A stretch of DNA of 64,000 nt. Origin: Terriglobia bacterium (GTDB lineage: Bacteria > Acidobacteriota > Terriglobia > 20CM-2-55-15). Location of the stretch: NCBI GenBank assembly GCA_963664115.2, contig CAXWPJ010000012.1, positions 320,001 to 384,000 on the forward strand. Reading direction: 5' to 3'. The notes below the pieces were generated by a model, which was not told where the DNA came from, searched no databases, and was given only the letters and a program-made list of their open reading frames with translations. Positions within the stretch are counted from its first letter, which is position 1; every line of letters starts with the position of its first letter. This document shows positions 49,409-59,992 of this stretch, in pieces. The translations under genes were made by a program, and so were the position numbers.

Positions 49409-50269
49409 ATGAAATTCCGCGCCCCTGTTCAAACTGTTGTCGGTCAGGACACTTCCGATGGAGCGGGCGTTCGGCTGCGACGCAGCATCGGGACGCCCTC
49501 ACTCGATCACCTCGACCCTTTCCTTCTCCTCGACGAGTTCAGGTCGGACAATGCCGATGACTACATTGCCGGTTTTCCGGATCATCCCCATCGTGGGTTC
49601 GAGACCGTCACCTACATGCTCGCCGGGCGCATGGAACACCGTGACCATACCGGTGTTCAGGGGAACCTTGAAGCAGGCAGCATTCAGTGGATGACCGCCG
49701 GGCGCGGCATCATACATTCAGAAATGCCGAAGCAGGAAGAAGGGTTGATGTGGGGCTTTCAACTCTGGATCAACCTTCCCGCTGACCAAAAGATGACCCA
49801 ACCGCGATATCAGGATATTCCTCCTGGAAACATACCTGAAGTGGTCCGTGACAACGCACGGATCCGGGTCCTGGCAGGAGAGGTTCAAGGGCAGCGCGGT
49901 CCGATCGAGGGCATCGTAACCAACCCGACATACCTGGATGTATCTCTCGAGCCGCACTCACATTTCACCCACCCGCTGCCCCTTGGACACACGGCATTTG
50001 CCTACGTTTTCGACGGCAGCGGTTACATCGGACAATCGGAACCCACCGGCGACCCGCACAGGCGCAGCCATCTGGTGGTTCTCGGCGACGGCGACGGCGT
50101 CGCGGCAGTAACAGGCGAGGACTCAATGCGTTTCATCCTGCTTGCGGCCAAACCCATCGGCGAACCGATCGCCCGATATGGGCCCTTCGTCATGAACACG
50201 CAAGAGGAACTGAGGCAGGCCTTCAGGGAAATGCAGGATGGGACGTTTCTGGAAAGCCCTGGGACTTAG
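49409..50269 (+). CDS. Pirin family protein
   Basis: DPFLLLD, GFPDHPHRGFETVTY, WMTAGRGIIHSE, FQLW-NLP, YGPFVMNT. Confidence 0.95.
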   Translation: MKFRAPVQTVVGQDTSDGAGVRLRRSIGTPSLDHLDPFLLLDEFRSDNADDYIAGFPDHPHRGFETVTYMLAGRMEHRDHTGVQGNLEAGSIQWMTAGRGIIHSEMPKQEEGLMWGFQLWINLPADQKMTQPRYQDIPPGNIPEVVRDNARIRVLAGEVQGQRGPIEGIVTNPTYLDVSLEPHSHFTHPLPLGHTAFAYVFDGSGYIGQSEPTGDPHRRSHLVVLGDGDGVAAVTGEDSMRFILLAAKPIGEPIARYGPFVMNTQEELRQAFREMQDGTFLESPGT

Positions 50270-50344
50270 GGTGATGAGAATCTATGAGTGCATAGTTGTG
50301 CGACCTGGACGCTTGATGGTTAACAGTTAACTCTAAACGCCCCG

Positions 50345-50593
50345 TCACTCGTCACTATTGTTAAGTATCTCCCTCCTCAAACGACGCAGCGTCTCCTCCT
50401 CTTCCGGGTCTTCCGGAATCGGCCATAATTTCTTTGTGGCGTTGCTCAAAGCTTTCAACTGCAATTTGTAGCGGCGGCACTTATCGCAAAGTAACAGATG
50501 CAAGCCGATCAGCAGACGGTCACGCCAGCGGGCCGCGAGGTATTCGTCGCTCGCGAGACGCCGCGTCACTTCTCTGCAGTTCAGTGTCATCAT
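50345..50593 (-). CDS. Zinc-binding anti-sigma factor (zf-HC2/ZAS)
   Basis: C-EV...HLLLCDKC (HxxxCxxC), directly downstream of the ECF sigma. Confidence 0.85.
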   Translation of the reverse strand: MMTLNCREVTRRLASDEYLAARWRDRLLIGLHLLLCDKCRRYKLQLKALSNATKKLWPIPEDPEEEETLRRLRREILNNSDE

Positions 50594-51199
50594 TTAATTC
50601 ACGCCTTTGGCTTCGAGACACTCTCGGAGGCGATTGCGACCGCGATAGAGCAGCACTCCTAAATTAGTGCGGGAGACGTCCAGAATCTTACATATTTCTT
50701 CGGTCGCCATTTCTTCCTTCTCCCGAAAGACGAACGCCATCCGTTGAGCGGTCGACAAAGTGTCCACACATGCTTCGATCAACTTCCCAAGCTCTCGGCT
50801 ATAGACAGTCATCGACTGCGGCGGATTGCTCCAGGTCCCGTCGGGATGGAAACGCCGTTCCATGACGTGATCGATGTCATCGGATAGTCTCTCCCGCCCG
50901 AGGGCTCGACGCGCTTCGGCGATCTTGCGATACAAGATACCAAAGAGCCAAGTCCTTACCCGGGAACGCCCTTCGAATGAGGGAGCTTTTTCAATGAACG
51001 TCGCGAACGTTGATTGAGTGACGTCTTCCGCTCGGTGTGAGTCCAGGCCTGAGGCTCGCGCCGCGTTGAGAATATGTGACAAGTAAGTCTCGACGACGGC
51101 AGCAATCGCCGCGCGGTCACCACTGCGGATACGTTTCCCAAACTGTGAATCGTCAAAATTCATACAAATCAGATGTAATAAATCCCGCCCTGCTCCCAC
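50594..51199 (-). CDS. ECF RNA polymerase sigma factor
   Basis: AEDVTQSTF, FEGRS---TWL-GI, EEIC-IL-VS-TNL-VLL-R-R; start uncertain. Confidence 0.9.
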   Translation of the reverse strand: MGAGRDLLHLICMNFDDSQFGKRIRSGDRAAIAAVVETYLSHILNAARASGLDSHRAEDVTQSTFATFIEKAPSFEGRSRVRTWLFGILYRKIAEARRALGRERLSDDIDHVMERRFHPDGTWSNPPQSMTVYSRELGKLIEACVDTLSTAQRMAFVFREKEEMATEEICKILDVSRTNLGVLLYRGRNRLRECLEAKGVN

Positions 51200-51259
51200 T
51201 CATTAACGAAACCCGCCGGGTTTTCAAAGAAATAACCAGTCACCGAGGAGTATACAAAC

Positions 51260-51721
51260 ATGATTTTCAAGAGCATCCAAAACGGAGCCATCGCGGGCAT
51301 AGCGGGTGGCGTAGTGTTCGGAGCCATGATGGGTATGATGGGCATGCTACCTATGATCGGCCAGATGGCCGGATCGCCAACGGCCGCCGCTGGGTTCTTC
51401 GTTCACCTCATAATCAGTGCTTTTATCGGCGGCTCCTTCGCGCTGCTTTTCCGATCGCGCGTTACGGGACCAGCGGCCGGGTTGGCTTTTGGTGGGACCT
51501 ACGGAGTCGCATGGTGGTTTCTCGGTCCACTGACCCTCATGCCAGCAATGATGGGCATGGGAATCGGCGTCAATTGGAATGCCACCGCGGCCACCGCCAT
51601 GTTCCCCAGCCTGATCGGCCACATCGTTTATGGCCTGATCCTTGGCTTCACCTACGCTCGGCTCACGCGTAACGGATGTGTCCGAGCTACATGCGAAGAT
51701 CCAGTCTCCGGCGTGGTGTAA
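51260..51721 (+). CDS. Met/His-rich four-TM membrane protein
   Basis: MMGMMGMLPMIG, GFFVH, GPLTLMP-MMGM, SLIGH--YG. Confidence 0.8.
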   Translation: MIFKSIQNGAIAGIAGGVVFGAMMGMMGMLPMIGQMAGSPTAAAGFFVHLIISAFIGGSFALLFRSRVTGPAAGLAFGGTYGVAWWFLGPLTLMPAMMGMGIGVNWNATAATAMFPSLIGHIVYGLILGFTYARLTRNGCVRATCEDPVSGVV

Positions 51722-51746
51722 GCGAACCGGGGCGATATCAATCGCA

Positions 51747-51798
51747 AGTTAAAAGTTATGAGCGGGTTCTTCGAATGCTGAACTCATAACTTTTAACT
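51747..51798. terminator. 16-bp perfect hairpin between convergent genes
   Basis: AGTTAAAAGTTATGAG-N20-CTCATAACTTTTAACT. Confidence 0.65.
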
Positions 51799-51810
51799 CG
51801 CGTGACACCA

Positions 51811-53124
51811 CTATTTATCCAAGTAGGCCGCTAGGTATTGATATCTCTCCGTCAGTGCGCCCCGATGCACGATGATCGCGTTCTTCAACGCGGCCCCCAT
51901 CGCCAGTTCTTCGACCGGGCGCCGGAAATCGGTGGCGGCAAGAATCCCGATATGCGGGGCGAGCATATCGCCAAAACTGAGTGACGCTTCTCGCGGAACC
52001 TCAGCAGGCAAGGTATCCACAGCCATGACGACCACGCCCTCCCCTTCCCACCCATCGAGAACACGCCCGCTCGACGGGATGTAGGTGTAAACGGGTTTAC
52101 CCGGTCCGGTCGCTTTGACGGTACATTCGATCGACCCTTCGATGTCGCAAGTGATGTCTCCAATCACACGCAGTCGTGGCTGTACGGCCTTGTCCCACTC
52201 CGATTGCAGCCACGCCTTCGCAACCAGCCGGGGATAGCTTTTCTCCCAATAGATACAGTTGATCAACACGGTCAAGTGCGGCAGGTATTGTTCGAATATG
52301 CCCCTGTATCTTTCAGGATGCCGGTAGTAATCATCCAGATCGAAGGATTCTGCCGGGTCGATCGAATCGGCGATGTCCTCTTCCTTGAAGACTACCTTAT
52401 AGAGTTTTTTGTCCGAGAAATTCCCTGCAGCCATAAAAGCGTGCAGTCGCCCCGGAGCAATTTCTTCGTGCGGCAACAGATCGAAGAATTCCTGAGCGCC
52501 ACGTGAAACATTCCCATATCCGGCGAACCCGACGACGAACGGTGCCAGGGCCTGACCCACACCTTCCCTTGCGATCCGCGCCGCGGTTTCTACGAGCAAA
52601 GTTCGACCCGCGTCAAGGCTGGAAAAGTTCAGAGGCCGGTCCAGAGATAAGAGCGGTGTGGGATGCCCCTCCCACTCCAGCCGCTTTCCCGCAGCGTAGA
52701 GCGTCTCGAAAAGACCCGCAGCGCCGGCATGGTTCCCGAAATACACCAGACGACGGTTCTCTCTGTCGACGATGTGTTCGTAGTCGAGCAACGTAGCCCT
52801 GAGCTTCAGAATGCGCCGCAGCATACCCATGTTGTAAGGCTGACCCTTCGAAACGTGGGCAAAGAACAGGTATGCCGACTCGGGTCTGAAATATTTGGCC
52901 GGAACTTCCTTGATCGCCAGGACCAGGCCGCAGTCGGAAAGATCTTCTGAAACGCTGGCACCGGAACGCTGATATTCGGCATCGGAGAAAATGCGGATCT
53001 GCGAGGGCTGGATTTTGATTTCCACTCCGGAGTTGACGAGCTGTGCGACATGTGAAGGAGCCAGCGGCGCCCGGCGCTCCCATTGATTCTTGTCTTCTCT
53101 CCGGATGCCGATCTTTCCCAACAC
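51811..53124 (-). CDS. Lysine-ketoglutarate reductase / saccharopine dehydrogenase-like protein (AlaDh/PNT fold)
   Basis: IRRED---WERRAPL-P, KE-P, FAH--KGQ--NM, LLDYE, G-GNVS-GA, YW---YPRL, DITCD--GS. Confidence 0.85.
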   Translation of the reverse strand: MLGKIGIRREDKNQWERRAPLAPSHVAQLVNSGVEIKIQPSQIRIFSDAEYQRSGASVSEDLSDCGLVLAIKEVPAKYFRPESAYLFFAHVSKGQPYNMGMLRRILKLRATLLDYEHIVDRENRRLVYFGNHAGAAGLFETLYAAGKRLEWEGHPTPLLSLDRPLNFSSLDAGRTLLVETAARIAREGVGQALAPFVVGFAGYGNVSRGAQEFFDLLPHEEIAPGRLHAFMAAGNFSDKKLYKVVFKEEDIADSIDPAESFDLDDYYRHPERYRGIFEQYLPHLTVLINCIYWEKSYPRLVAKAWLQSEWDKAVQPRLRVIGDITCDIEGSIECTVKATGPGKPVYTYIPSSGRVLDGWEGEGVVVMAVDTLPAEVPREASLSFGDMLAPHIGILAATDFRRPVEELAMGAALKNAIIVHRGALTERYQYLAAYLDK

Positions 53125-53259
53125 CTGCCCTCGCTCTGTTGCTTGCGTTGTTTCCTAAAACAGTTTAATTTCTCGGGGAAGCTTCTTTCCAGTACTGTCA
53201 GGATAAAATCAGGTCGTATCGCCGGCCACGAGAGAGCCACACCGCACGGGAGACAAACA

Positions 53260-55872
53260 ATGACACGCACGATTCAATATTTATCCTTGATTATCATGGT
53301 GTGCCTGCTTGGCGCAGCGTCCACCCTCGCAGCTCCTCAGGATCCGGAACCGGACGATCCTCCCCGGACCGAAGGGGAGTCGGTAGAGGCAGAAGACGAA
53401 GACGGGAACCGCCGCGGTGGCCGAGATGGAGAAGACACGGAAGGCATTCAACCCTACGATGAGGTGATCACTGACGAAGCTGTATCGGATGAGGGTGTCT
53501 TCCTAGTGCACCAGATCGATGACAGTTATTACTACGAGATCCCGGAATCTGAATTCGGGCGCGAATTTCTGTGGGTCGCACGCATTGCCCGGACCATCGC
53601 CGGGCAGGGTTACGGCGGGCAGAAATTTGATACGCGAGTCGTGCGATGGGAACGCCGGGGGGAGCGTGTCTTTCTCCGAAACGTTTCATACGAAATCGTT
53701 GCCGACGAAAGCCTTCCCATCGCTCAGGCCGTCGGAGCCGCCAACAACGACACGATACTGATGGCATTCGACATTGCGGCTCTCGGAGCAAACGAATCGG
53801 TCGTCATTGACGTCAGTTCTCTGTTCGACACCGAAGTGCCGGAACTCAGTGCTCGCTCGCGGCTCCAGGCCCGGGGTTTCGACCGCCGCCGATCCTTCGT
53901 GGATCGCATCGTGTCGTTTCCTGAAAACATCGAAGTCCGTGCCGTCCACACCTACACGCGTCCGCCGGACAATAATACCGAAGGGCAAGGCAGAGGTGAC
54001 GCCAGCCCACGGCGCGGTATGGCTCCCGGCAGTGCGACACTCGAAATGGCCTACAGCATGGTGAAGCTACCGGAAGAGCCGATGATGCCCCGCCTCTTCG
54101 ATGACAGGGTGGGTTATTTTTCCGTTACCCAGACCGACTACGGCGTGGATGAGCACCGGTCTCCAGAACGCCGCTATATCACGCGTTGGCGTCTGGAGAA
54201 ACAGGATCCCCTGGCCGATATTTCAGATCCTGTAAAACCGATTGAATACTGGATCGATCCGGCGACGCCGACCGAATGGATCCCTTATATCAAACAAGGT
54301 GTTGAGGACTGGCAGGAGGCTTTCGAAGCCGCGGGGTTCTCCAACGCTATCGTGGCACGCGACGCGCCGACGCCGGAGGAGAATCCGGATTGGAGCCCCG
54401 AAGATGCACGCTATTCAGTCATTCGCTGGCTGCCGTCCGACGTTGAAAACGCCCAGGGCCCGCACGTCCACGATCCACGCACGGGAGAGATTCTTGAATC
54501 GGACATCCAGTTCTACCACAACGTCCAGAACCTCCTCAGGGACTGGTACTTCGTGCAGGCGGCCCCCCTCGACCCGCGCGCACAAAACCTTCCCTTTCCC
54601 GATGAATTGATGGGGCGGCTTCTCCAATTCGTCGTCGCCCACGAAGTTGGACATACCTTGGGCTTTCAGCACAATATGAAGGCCAGCTCCACATATCCGT
54701 TCGAGAATATTCGCGATCCGGAATGGCTTCGAACGATGGGACACACACCCACTCTCATGGACTACTCGCGCTTCAACTATGTCGCGCAACCGGAAGACAA
54801 CATTCCCGTCGCAGACCTTGTTCCCGGCATTGGACCCTACGACGTCTGGGCCACGGTGTGGGGTTACGCTCCGATTCCCGGCGCTGCCACGCCGGACCAA
54901 GAGCTACCGACCCTGAATACCTGGGCGCTGGAACAGGAGACCACCCCGTGGTACCGGTTTTCAACCGACGGGTCCGGTGGGTCCGATCCCGGCCAACTGA
55001 CCGAAGCTGTCGGGGATGCAAACGCAATTGAAGCGACGCGGCTGGGAGTGCGAAACCTGGGCCGGGTCATGGATCTGCTGCTGAACACCGCCACGCAGTC
55101 CGGGAAAAACTGGGATGAACTGGAGGAACTCTACGGACGCCTGCTGGCACAGTGGGTCCGCGAGATGAACCACGTGGGTGCCCTGGTCGGCGGTTTCGAT
55201 TCGCGACAACTACACGGGGGGCAGGATGGTGTCCGTTTCACCGCCGTGCCTCCGGACGTTCAGCGCGCCGCGGTAGAATTCCTGAACCAAAATGCTTTCG
55301 AAACCCCGGATTTCCTGGTCCGGCCCGAGATCCTGCGACGGATCGAACCCTCAGGCGTCCTCTCCAGACTACGCAACAGCCAGCGATCGGTACTGAACTT
55401 TCTCTTAAACGCGGGCCGCTTCACACGCTTAGTGGAACAGAACGCGCTTGACGGTACCGCCTATGATCCTATCGACTTTCTGGGTGATCTGCGGAACGGT
55501 ATATGGGCCGAGCTGTCGGAATCATCCGTAACGACCGATGCCTTTCGAAGGAACCTGCAGCGCCTCTATATCGATCTGATCGATACCCGGCTTAACGCTG
55601 ACGACGTGGGGTGGAACGACATGCGGGCGTTCCTGAGGGGCCAATTGAAGACGCTCGACTCTGAGGTCGCGTCTTCCATCACGCGCACGGATGACGATGC
55701 GACGCGTTTCCACCTGGAGGACGTAAGGGACGAAATAGCGGCGATTTTAAATCCTGAAATCTATCGGCCGGAAACCAATTCCACTCAGCTTGACGGATTC
55801 AACGAAGCACCCGACCCTTTCGATCCGTATACGGTGTACGGGTGTTGGGTGGACTTCCTCATCCAGCCCTAG
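53260..55872 (+). CDS. Secreted zinc-dependent metalloprotease (DUF5118/DUF5117/DUF4953, EcxA-like)
   Basis: MPR-FD-RVGYF, RWRLE, DPRTGEIL, HEVGHTLG--HN, MDY, GPYD. Confidence 0.9.
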   Translation: MTRTIQYLSLIIMVCLLGAASTLAAPQDPEPDDPPRTEGESVEAEDEDGNRRGGRDGEDTEGIQPYDEVITDEAVSDEGVFLVHQIDDSYYYEIPESEFGREFLWVARIARTIAGQGYGGQKFDTRVVRWERRGERVFLRNVSYEIVADESLPIAQAVGAANNDTILMAFDIAALGANESVVIDVSSLFDTEVPELSARSRLQARGFDRRRSFVDRIVSFPENIEVRAVHTYTRPPDNNTEGQGRGDASPRRGMAPGSATLEMAYSMVKLPEEPMMPRLFDDRVGYFSVTQTDYGVDEHRSPERRYITRWRLEKQDPLADISDPVKPIEYWIDPATPTEWIPYIKQGVEDWQEAFEAAGFSNAIVARDAPTPEENPDWSPEDARYSVIRWLPSDVENAQGPHVHDPRTGEILESDIQFYHNVQNLLRDWYFVQAAPLDPRAQNLPFPDELMGRLLQFVVAHEVGHTLGFQHNMKASSTYPFENIRDPEWLRTMGHTPTLMDYSRFNYVAQPEDNIPVADLVPGIGPYDVWATVWGYAPIPGAATPDQELPTLNTWALEQETTPWYRFSTDGSGGSDPGQLTEAVGDANAIEATRLGVRNLGRVMDLLLNTATQSGKNWDELEELYGRLLAQWVREMNHVGALVGGFDSRQLHGGQDGVRFTAVPPDVQRAAVEFLNQNAFETPDFLVRPEILRRIEPSGVLSRLRNSQRSVLNFLLNAGRFTRLVEQNALDGTAYDPIDFLGDLRNGIWAELSESSVTTDAFRRNLQRLYIDLIDTRLNADDVGWNDMRAFLRGQLKTLDSEVASSITRTDDDATRFHLEDVRDEIAAILNPEIYRPETNSTQLDGFNEAPDPFDPYTVYGCWVDFLIQP

Positions 55873-57071
55873 CGCAGGGTGAAATTGATCTCAATGTTGA
55901 CGGCGACGTCGACGGGTACACCCTGACGGGTTGCGGGGCTGAAGCGCCACTCGCTCAATGCCTCCATCGCGTTTTCGTCCAGGCCCAGACCCAGACCCCG
56001 GATGACACGCAATATCTCGACAGACCCGTCCTTGCGGACGATCGCTTCAAGAACGACCGTGCCTTCATACTGCGCTTTGCGAGCGTCTTCAGAATAGATG
56101 GGATCGCGACGATAGATGACCGTCGGAGGGGACACGCCGCCCCCGACATCGAATACTCCACCTCCAAAGCCGCCACCGGTTCCCGATCCAAGTCCCGGAC
56201 CCCCGCCTTCACCAACGCCACGGCCTTGTCCCGTGCCGATGCCCGCACCTGCGCCCGGCCCCGATGAGGGCGGTGCGGGAATGCCGGCCATGGGATCGCC
56301 CAGGTTAGGCAAAGTGACGGGAATCAGCGACGCCAGCTGCGGCGCAACGATCGTGGGTTCGGCCACCAACAGCGGATCCAGATTCAGCGGAGGTTCGGCA
56401 GCGGGAGGAACCAGTTGCTCGTCGGCAGCTCGCGGGGCAGGTCCCAACGACGGCGCGGTCAATGTCTCCCGGCCCCCACCGCCACCCCCTGCGGACGTTC
56501 GATCTTCGTCAGGAAGAACCATCAGGTCGACCGGCAGGAACAGGGGAATAAAAGTTTCGCGGACTACGGCTGGGGCATCGGTTCTGAAACTCAGTCCGGA
56601 GAATACCAAACCGATCAGCAACAGATGGGCGGCGATCGTAACGTAAGTCGGGACATTGAGGTGTGTCTCTGACCATATCGAAGGCGTATCGACAGGATCC
56701 GCAGTGGCCTGAAACTCGGAAGGGTTCTTAAAATCGCTGACGATCGCGCGAACCTGACGGATGATCGACTCTATCGGCGACTGTGGGTCAATCAGGCCGG
56801 AGAGAGCCGATGGGTCCGCGGCGGCGGTAATCTTTACGGGTTCCGAGGGAAAGCGAAACTCTTGGTAGAGCTCGCGCAACTGGGACGACAGCGACGAGAG
56901 TGGCGACCGGCGACCGACCATTTTGTCCAGAACAGAGGTGTCCGGTTCAGCGGTCACTTCAATTTCGACCCTGTTGCGTTTTTCCTCCCGCAGTCCGCGA
57001 ACTTGACGGACTAACGATGTGAACCACTTCTCGCTCGTAATCTCGCGGTAGAAGTCCCCTTTCTCGTTCAC
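55869..57071 (-). CDS. TonB family energy transducer
   Basis: TM helix, Gly/Pro-rich linker, P-YSEDARKA--EG-V-L, GL-LDE-A, WRF-PA---G-PV. Confidence 0.88.
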   Translation of the reverse strand: MNEKGDFYREITSEKWFTSLVRQVRGLREEKRNRVEIEVTAEPDTSVLDKMVGRRSPLSSLSSQLRELYQEFRFPSEPVKITAAADPSALSGLIDPQSPIESIIRQVRAIVSDFKNPSEFQATADPVDTPSIWSETHLNVPTYVTIAAHLLLIGLVFSGLSFRTDAPAVVRETFIPLFLPVDLMVLPDEDRTSAGGGGGGRETLTAPSLGPAPRAADEQLVPPAAEPPLNLDPLLVAEPTIVAPQLASLIPVTLPNLGDPMAGIPAPPSSGPGAGAGIGTGQGRGVGEGGGPGLGSGTGGGFGGGVFDVGGGVSPPTVIYRRDPIYSEDARKAQYEGTVVLEAIVRKDGSVEILRVIRGLGLGLDENAMEALSEWRFSPATRQGVPVDVAVNIEINFTLR

Positions 57072-57307
57072 ATGCCCTCTCCCGTGGTTGACCTCAATAT
57101 CTATAGACTATAGACGCGCCCGGCGAAATTCCGTTTGACCAAATAATACACCAGCGTGATGACGCCTGCAGTCCCCCGGGGTCTAGGGTCCTATGATTGT
57201 GGACGGACGGGTGGCTGGCAATCTAAATCGCATGACCCATAGCGATTCAGGGACACTTTTGACCGACAGTCCTCGAAGATGGGGACTCCGCCTTTCGAGG
57301 AAAACGT

Positions 57308-58381
57308 CTAGCTCTGTTCTTCGGCCACCGTGGGGCCGGACTCGCTGGGCGTTTTATCCAGGAGGATCGCGATCCAACGCAGTTCATCGCTGTTTTGCAT
57401 GAGGATCTTGACAACCATCGTGAGCGGCACCGAAAGCAGCATCCCGACACCACCCCACACCCAGCCCCAAAACACGAGAGACATGAAGACGACGAGAGTG
57501 GACAGACCCAAACGCGCGCCCATCATTCGCGGCTCTGCCACGTTTCCAACGACAAGATTCAACGCAACGTACCCGATAGCCACTGTGAGCGCGAGGCCGA
57601 AACTGCCTCCCGGTTGAATCAGTCCCACCAGAATCGGGGGGACGGCCGCCATGATCGATCCGATATTTGGGACGTAGTTCAAAAGAAAAGCCAACAGGCC
57701 CCACAGCAGGGGGAAATCAACACCCAGGGCCCATACCCAGGTGCCCAACACGGTGCCCGTAAAGAGGCTGATCGCCGTCTTGATGATCAGATAATGGTGC
57801 ACCTGGGTCATGACGCTGGAGAATTGGAGCATTCTTGAACCGGCGTCTCCCCAGGCCGCCCGGATCTTGGCCGGAAAACCTGTGGCCTCGGTCAACATGA
57901 AGACGGTCGTCAGAAAAACCAGGAGGAAACTGGACACGATCCCCGCCAGACGCGATAAGAGTCCCCCCGCAAATTGAAGGATCTGCCCCGGATTGATCAA
58001 GTCTCCGACAACCGTGGAAAAGGAAACGTTAACGCCCCAGGAGGCCAGTTGTTCTTCGCCCGACACCAAAAGTAGCGTCAATCGTTCCTGATACTGCGGC
58101 AATGCCTGTGTAAATGCGTTCACCGACCCCCCGACGATCGCGCCCACACCGACCAGCACCACGACAAGACCGAGAACAACAGCGATAATCGATATTGACT
58201 GTGGGACTCCAAGCCGCCGAAGCCACATCAGCAGGGGGAACCCCAACATGGCGAGAAACACCGACAACAGGAACGGCACGACCACGGGCTCGGCAGCCCT
58301 CAAGCCGGCAATCAATACGATCAGGCACGCCAGTGGCAGCAACAGTCCGGAACCGACCTCGGGTTTGACGATCTCACGCAT
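57308..58381 (-). CDS. AI-2E family transporter
   Basis: LNYVPNIGS, EPRMMG--LGLS, FWGWVWG--GMLLSVPLT. Confidence 0.92.
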   Translation of the reverse strand: MREIVKPEVGSGLLLPLACLIVLIAGLRAAEPVVVPFLLSVFLAMLGFPLLMWLRRLGVPQSISIIAVVLGLVVVLVGVGAIVGGSVNAFTQALPQYQERLTLLLVSGEEQLASWGVNVSFSTVVGDLINPGQILQFAGGLLSRLAGIVSSFLLVFLTTVFMLTEATGFPAKIRAAWGDAGSRMLQFSSVMTQVHHYLIIKTAISLFTGTVLGTWVWALGVDFPLLWGLLAFLLNYVPNIGSIMAAVPPILVGLIQPGGSFGLALTVAIGYVALNLVVGNVAEPRMMGARLGLSTLVVFMSLVFWGWVWGGVGMLLSVPLTMVVKILMQNSDELRWIAILLDKTPSESGPTVAEEQS

Positions 58382-58477
58382 TGGCTGATCGAAGCATTTT
58401 ATCCTTGAGGCATGTCGCTCTCAATCGGCCCACTCTATCGTTAAACGGCACGTCGTGCAGAAAAGTTCTGTATAAGG

Positions 58478-59929
58478 TCATTTCCGCCAGAATGCAGGGG
58501 TCAGTATGACAAGTACAGTGTAGTACTCCAGACGGCCTGCAATCATGCAACCTGCGAGAACCCACTTGGCCAAATCGGGCAGGCTTCCGTAGTTTTCTGC
58601 CGGACCGACGCTTCCCAATCCGGGACCAATATTAAACATCGAGGCCGCTACCGCCGTTATGGAGGTCAACACGTCCACACCGAGTGCCGCAAGCGCCAGG
58701 CATGACACGAAGTTGATGACGAAGGCCAGGTAGACGAGGTTGAGCAGACTCTGTATCGTCGCTTCGGGTACGACCTGTCCACCCAGGCGCACGGCGAAGA
58801 CACCCCGGCGCTCGACCATGCGCTTGAACTCACGATCGACGACCCGCGCCAGCAAGAGGATCCGCGATGTTTTCATGCCACCCGCCGTGGACCCGGTGCA
58901 CCCGCCAACGAACATCAAGGCCAGGAGGATCAACTGCGGGAGCGGGTGCCACACCTCGAAGTTGTCGGTTACGAATCCGGTGGTCGTAACGATTGCCGCA
59001 ACCTGGAACAGCGAGTTACGGATCGCCAGTGGCATTCCATAACCGTCGTTCAAAATCAAAACGGCGCCGATAACGCCGGCAGCAACCAGTGTGATCAGAG
59101 CGTAGTACCGCAACTCCACATCTTTGAATACACTTCGGGGATTACGTTCAACCCAGAAGCGGTAGTGCTGGATAAAACTGATTCCCGCCATCAGCATGAA
59201 CACGATGATGATGGCCTCGATAAGGGGACTATTAAAGCCCGCGATGCTTTCGGTACGCGTAGAAAATCCGCCCGTTCCCAGCGTCGAGAAGGTATGGCAC
59301 ATGGCTTCGAATCCCGTCATCCCGGCCAGGCGCAGCGCGATGAACTCGGCCACGCTCAATGTCAAATAGATCTTCCAGAGCGCAATCGCCGTCTCGGCGA
59401 TACGGGGCTTCAATCTTTCTGATTTAGCGCCCGAAAATTCGGCACGGTAGAGGTGCATCCCACCGTGACCGACGAGAGGGAGAATAGCGATGCCCAGGAC
59501 AACGATGCCCATTCCACCGAGCCAGTGCGAAAAGCATCGCCAGAACTGCAGGGCTTCGGGCAGAACTTCGACACGTTCCAGAATTGTGGCACCGGTTGTC
59601 GAGAATCCGGAAATGGATTCAAAAAAGGCGTCCGTAAAACTTGAAAAGTAGGGGGAGAGATAAAAAGGAATGCTGCCAAAGAGGCCGACCGCACCCCAGA
59701 CGGAAACCACCAGAAGCAATCCTTCGCGCCGGGTCAACTCCCGATCTGGCTTCCCTGCAAACCGGATCAGCAATAGGGCACTGCCAGCGGTGATCAGAGC
59801 GCCATAGACAAGGGGCAGCAAGCCTTCACTGCCGGTAATCCACCCGTAGGCCAATGGAATAAGCATTGTCGCGGCCAGAGCCAGTAGAAATTGGCCCAGA
59901 ACGTAGCCGACGGCAGACAGGTGAATCAA
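58478..59929 (-). CDS. trkH: Trk potassium uptake membrane protein
   Basis: SGFSTTGAT, WLGGMG, TGGFS, TTTGF, GG--GST-GG-K, N-GPG, GRLE. Confidence 0.93.
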   Translation of the reverse strand: MIHLSAVGYVLGQFLLALAATMLIPLAYGWITGSEGLLPLVYGALITAGSALLLIRFAGKPDRELTRREGLLLVVSVWGAVGLFGSIPFYLSPYFSSFTDAFFESISGFSTTGATILERVEVLPEALQFWRCFSHWLGGMGIVVLGIAILPLVGHGGMHLYRAEFSGAKSERLKPRIAETAIALWKIYLTLSVAEFIALRLAGMTGFEAMCHTFSTLGTGGFSTRTESIAGFNSPLIEAIIIVFMLMAGISFIQHYRFWVERNPRSVFKDVELRYYALITLVAAGVIGAVLILNDGYGMPLAIRNSLFQVAAIVTTTGFVTDNFEVWHPLPQLILLALMFVGGCTGSTAGGMKTSRILLLARVVDREFKRMVERRGVFAVRLGGQVVPEATIQSLLNLVYLAFVINFVSCLALAALGVDVLTSITAVAASMFNIGPGLGSVGPAENYGSLPDLAKWVLAGCMIAGRLEYYTVLVILTPAFWRK

Positions 59930-59992
59930 GGAAATCCTCTGACCAACGAGCTGTTAATAGCCTGAACTAAACCCTTTTGGGCCCCCAGGCTA

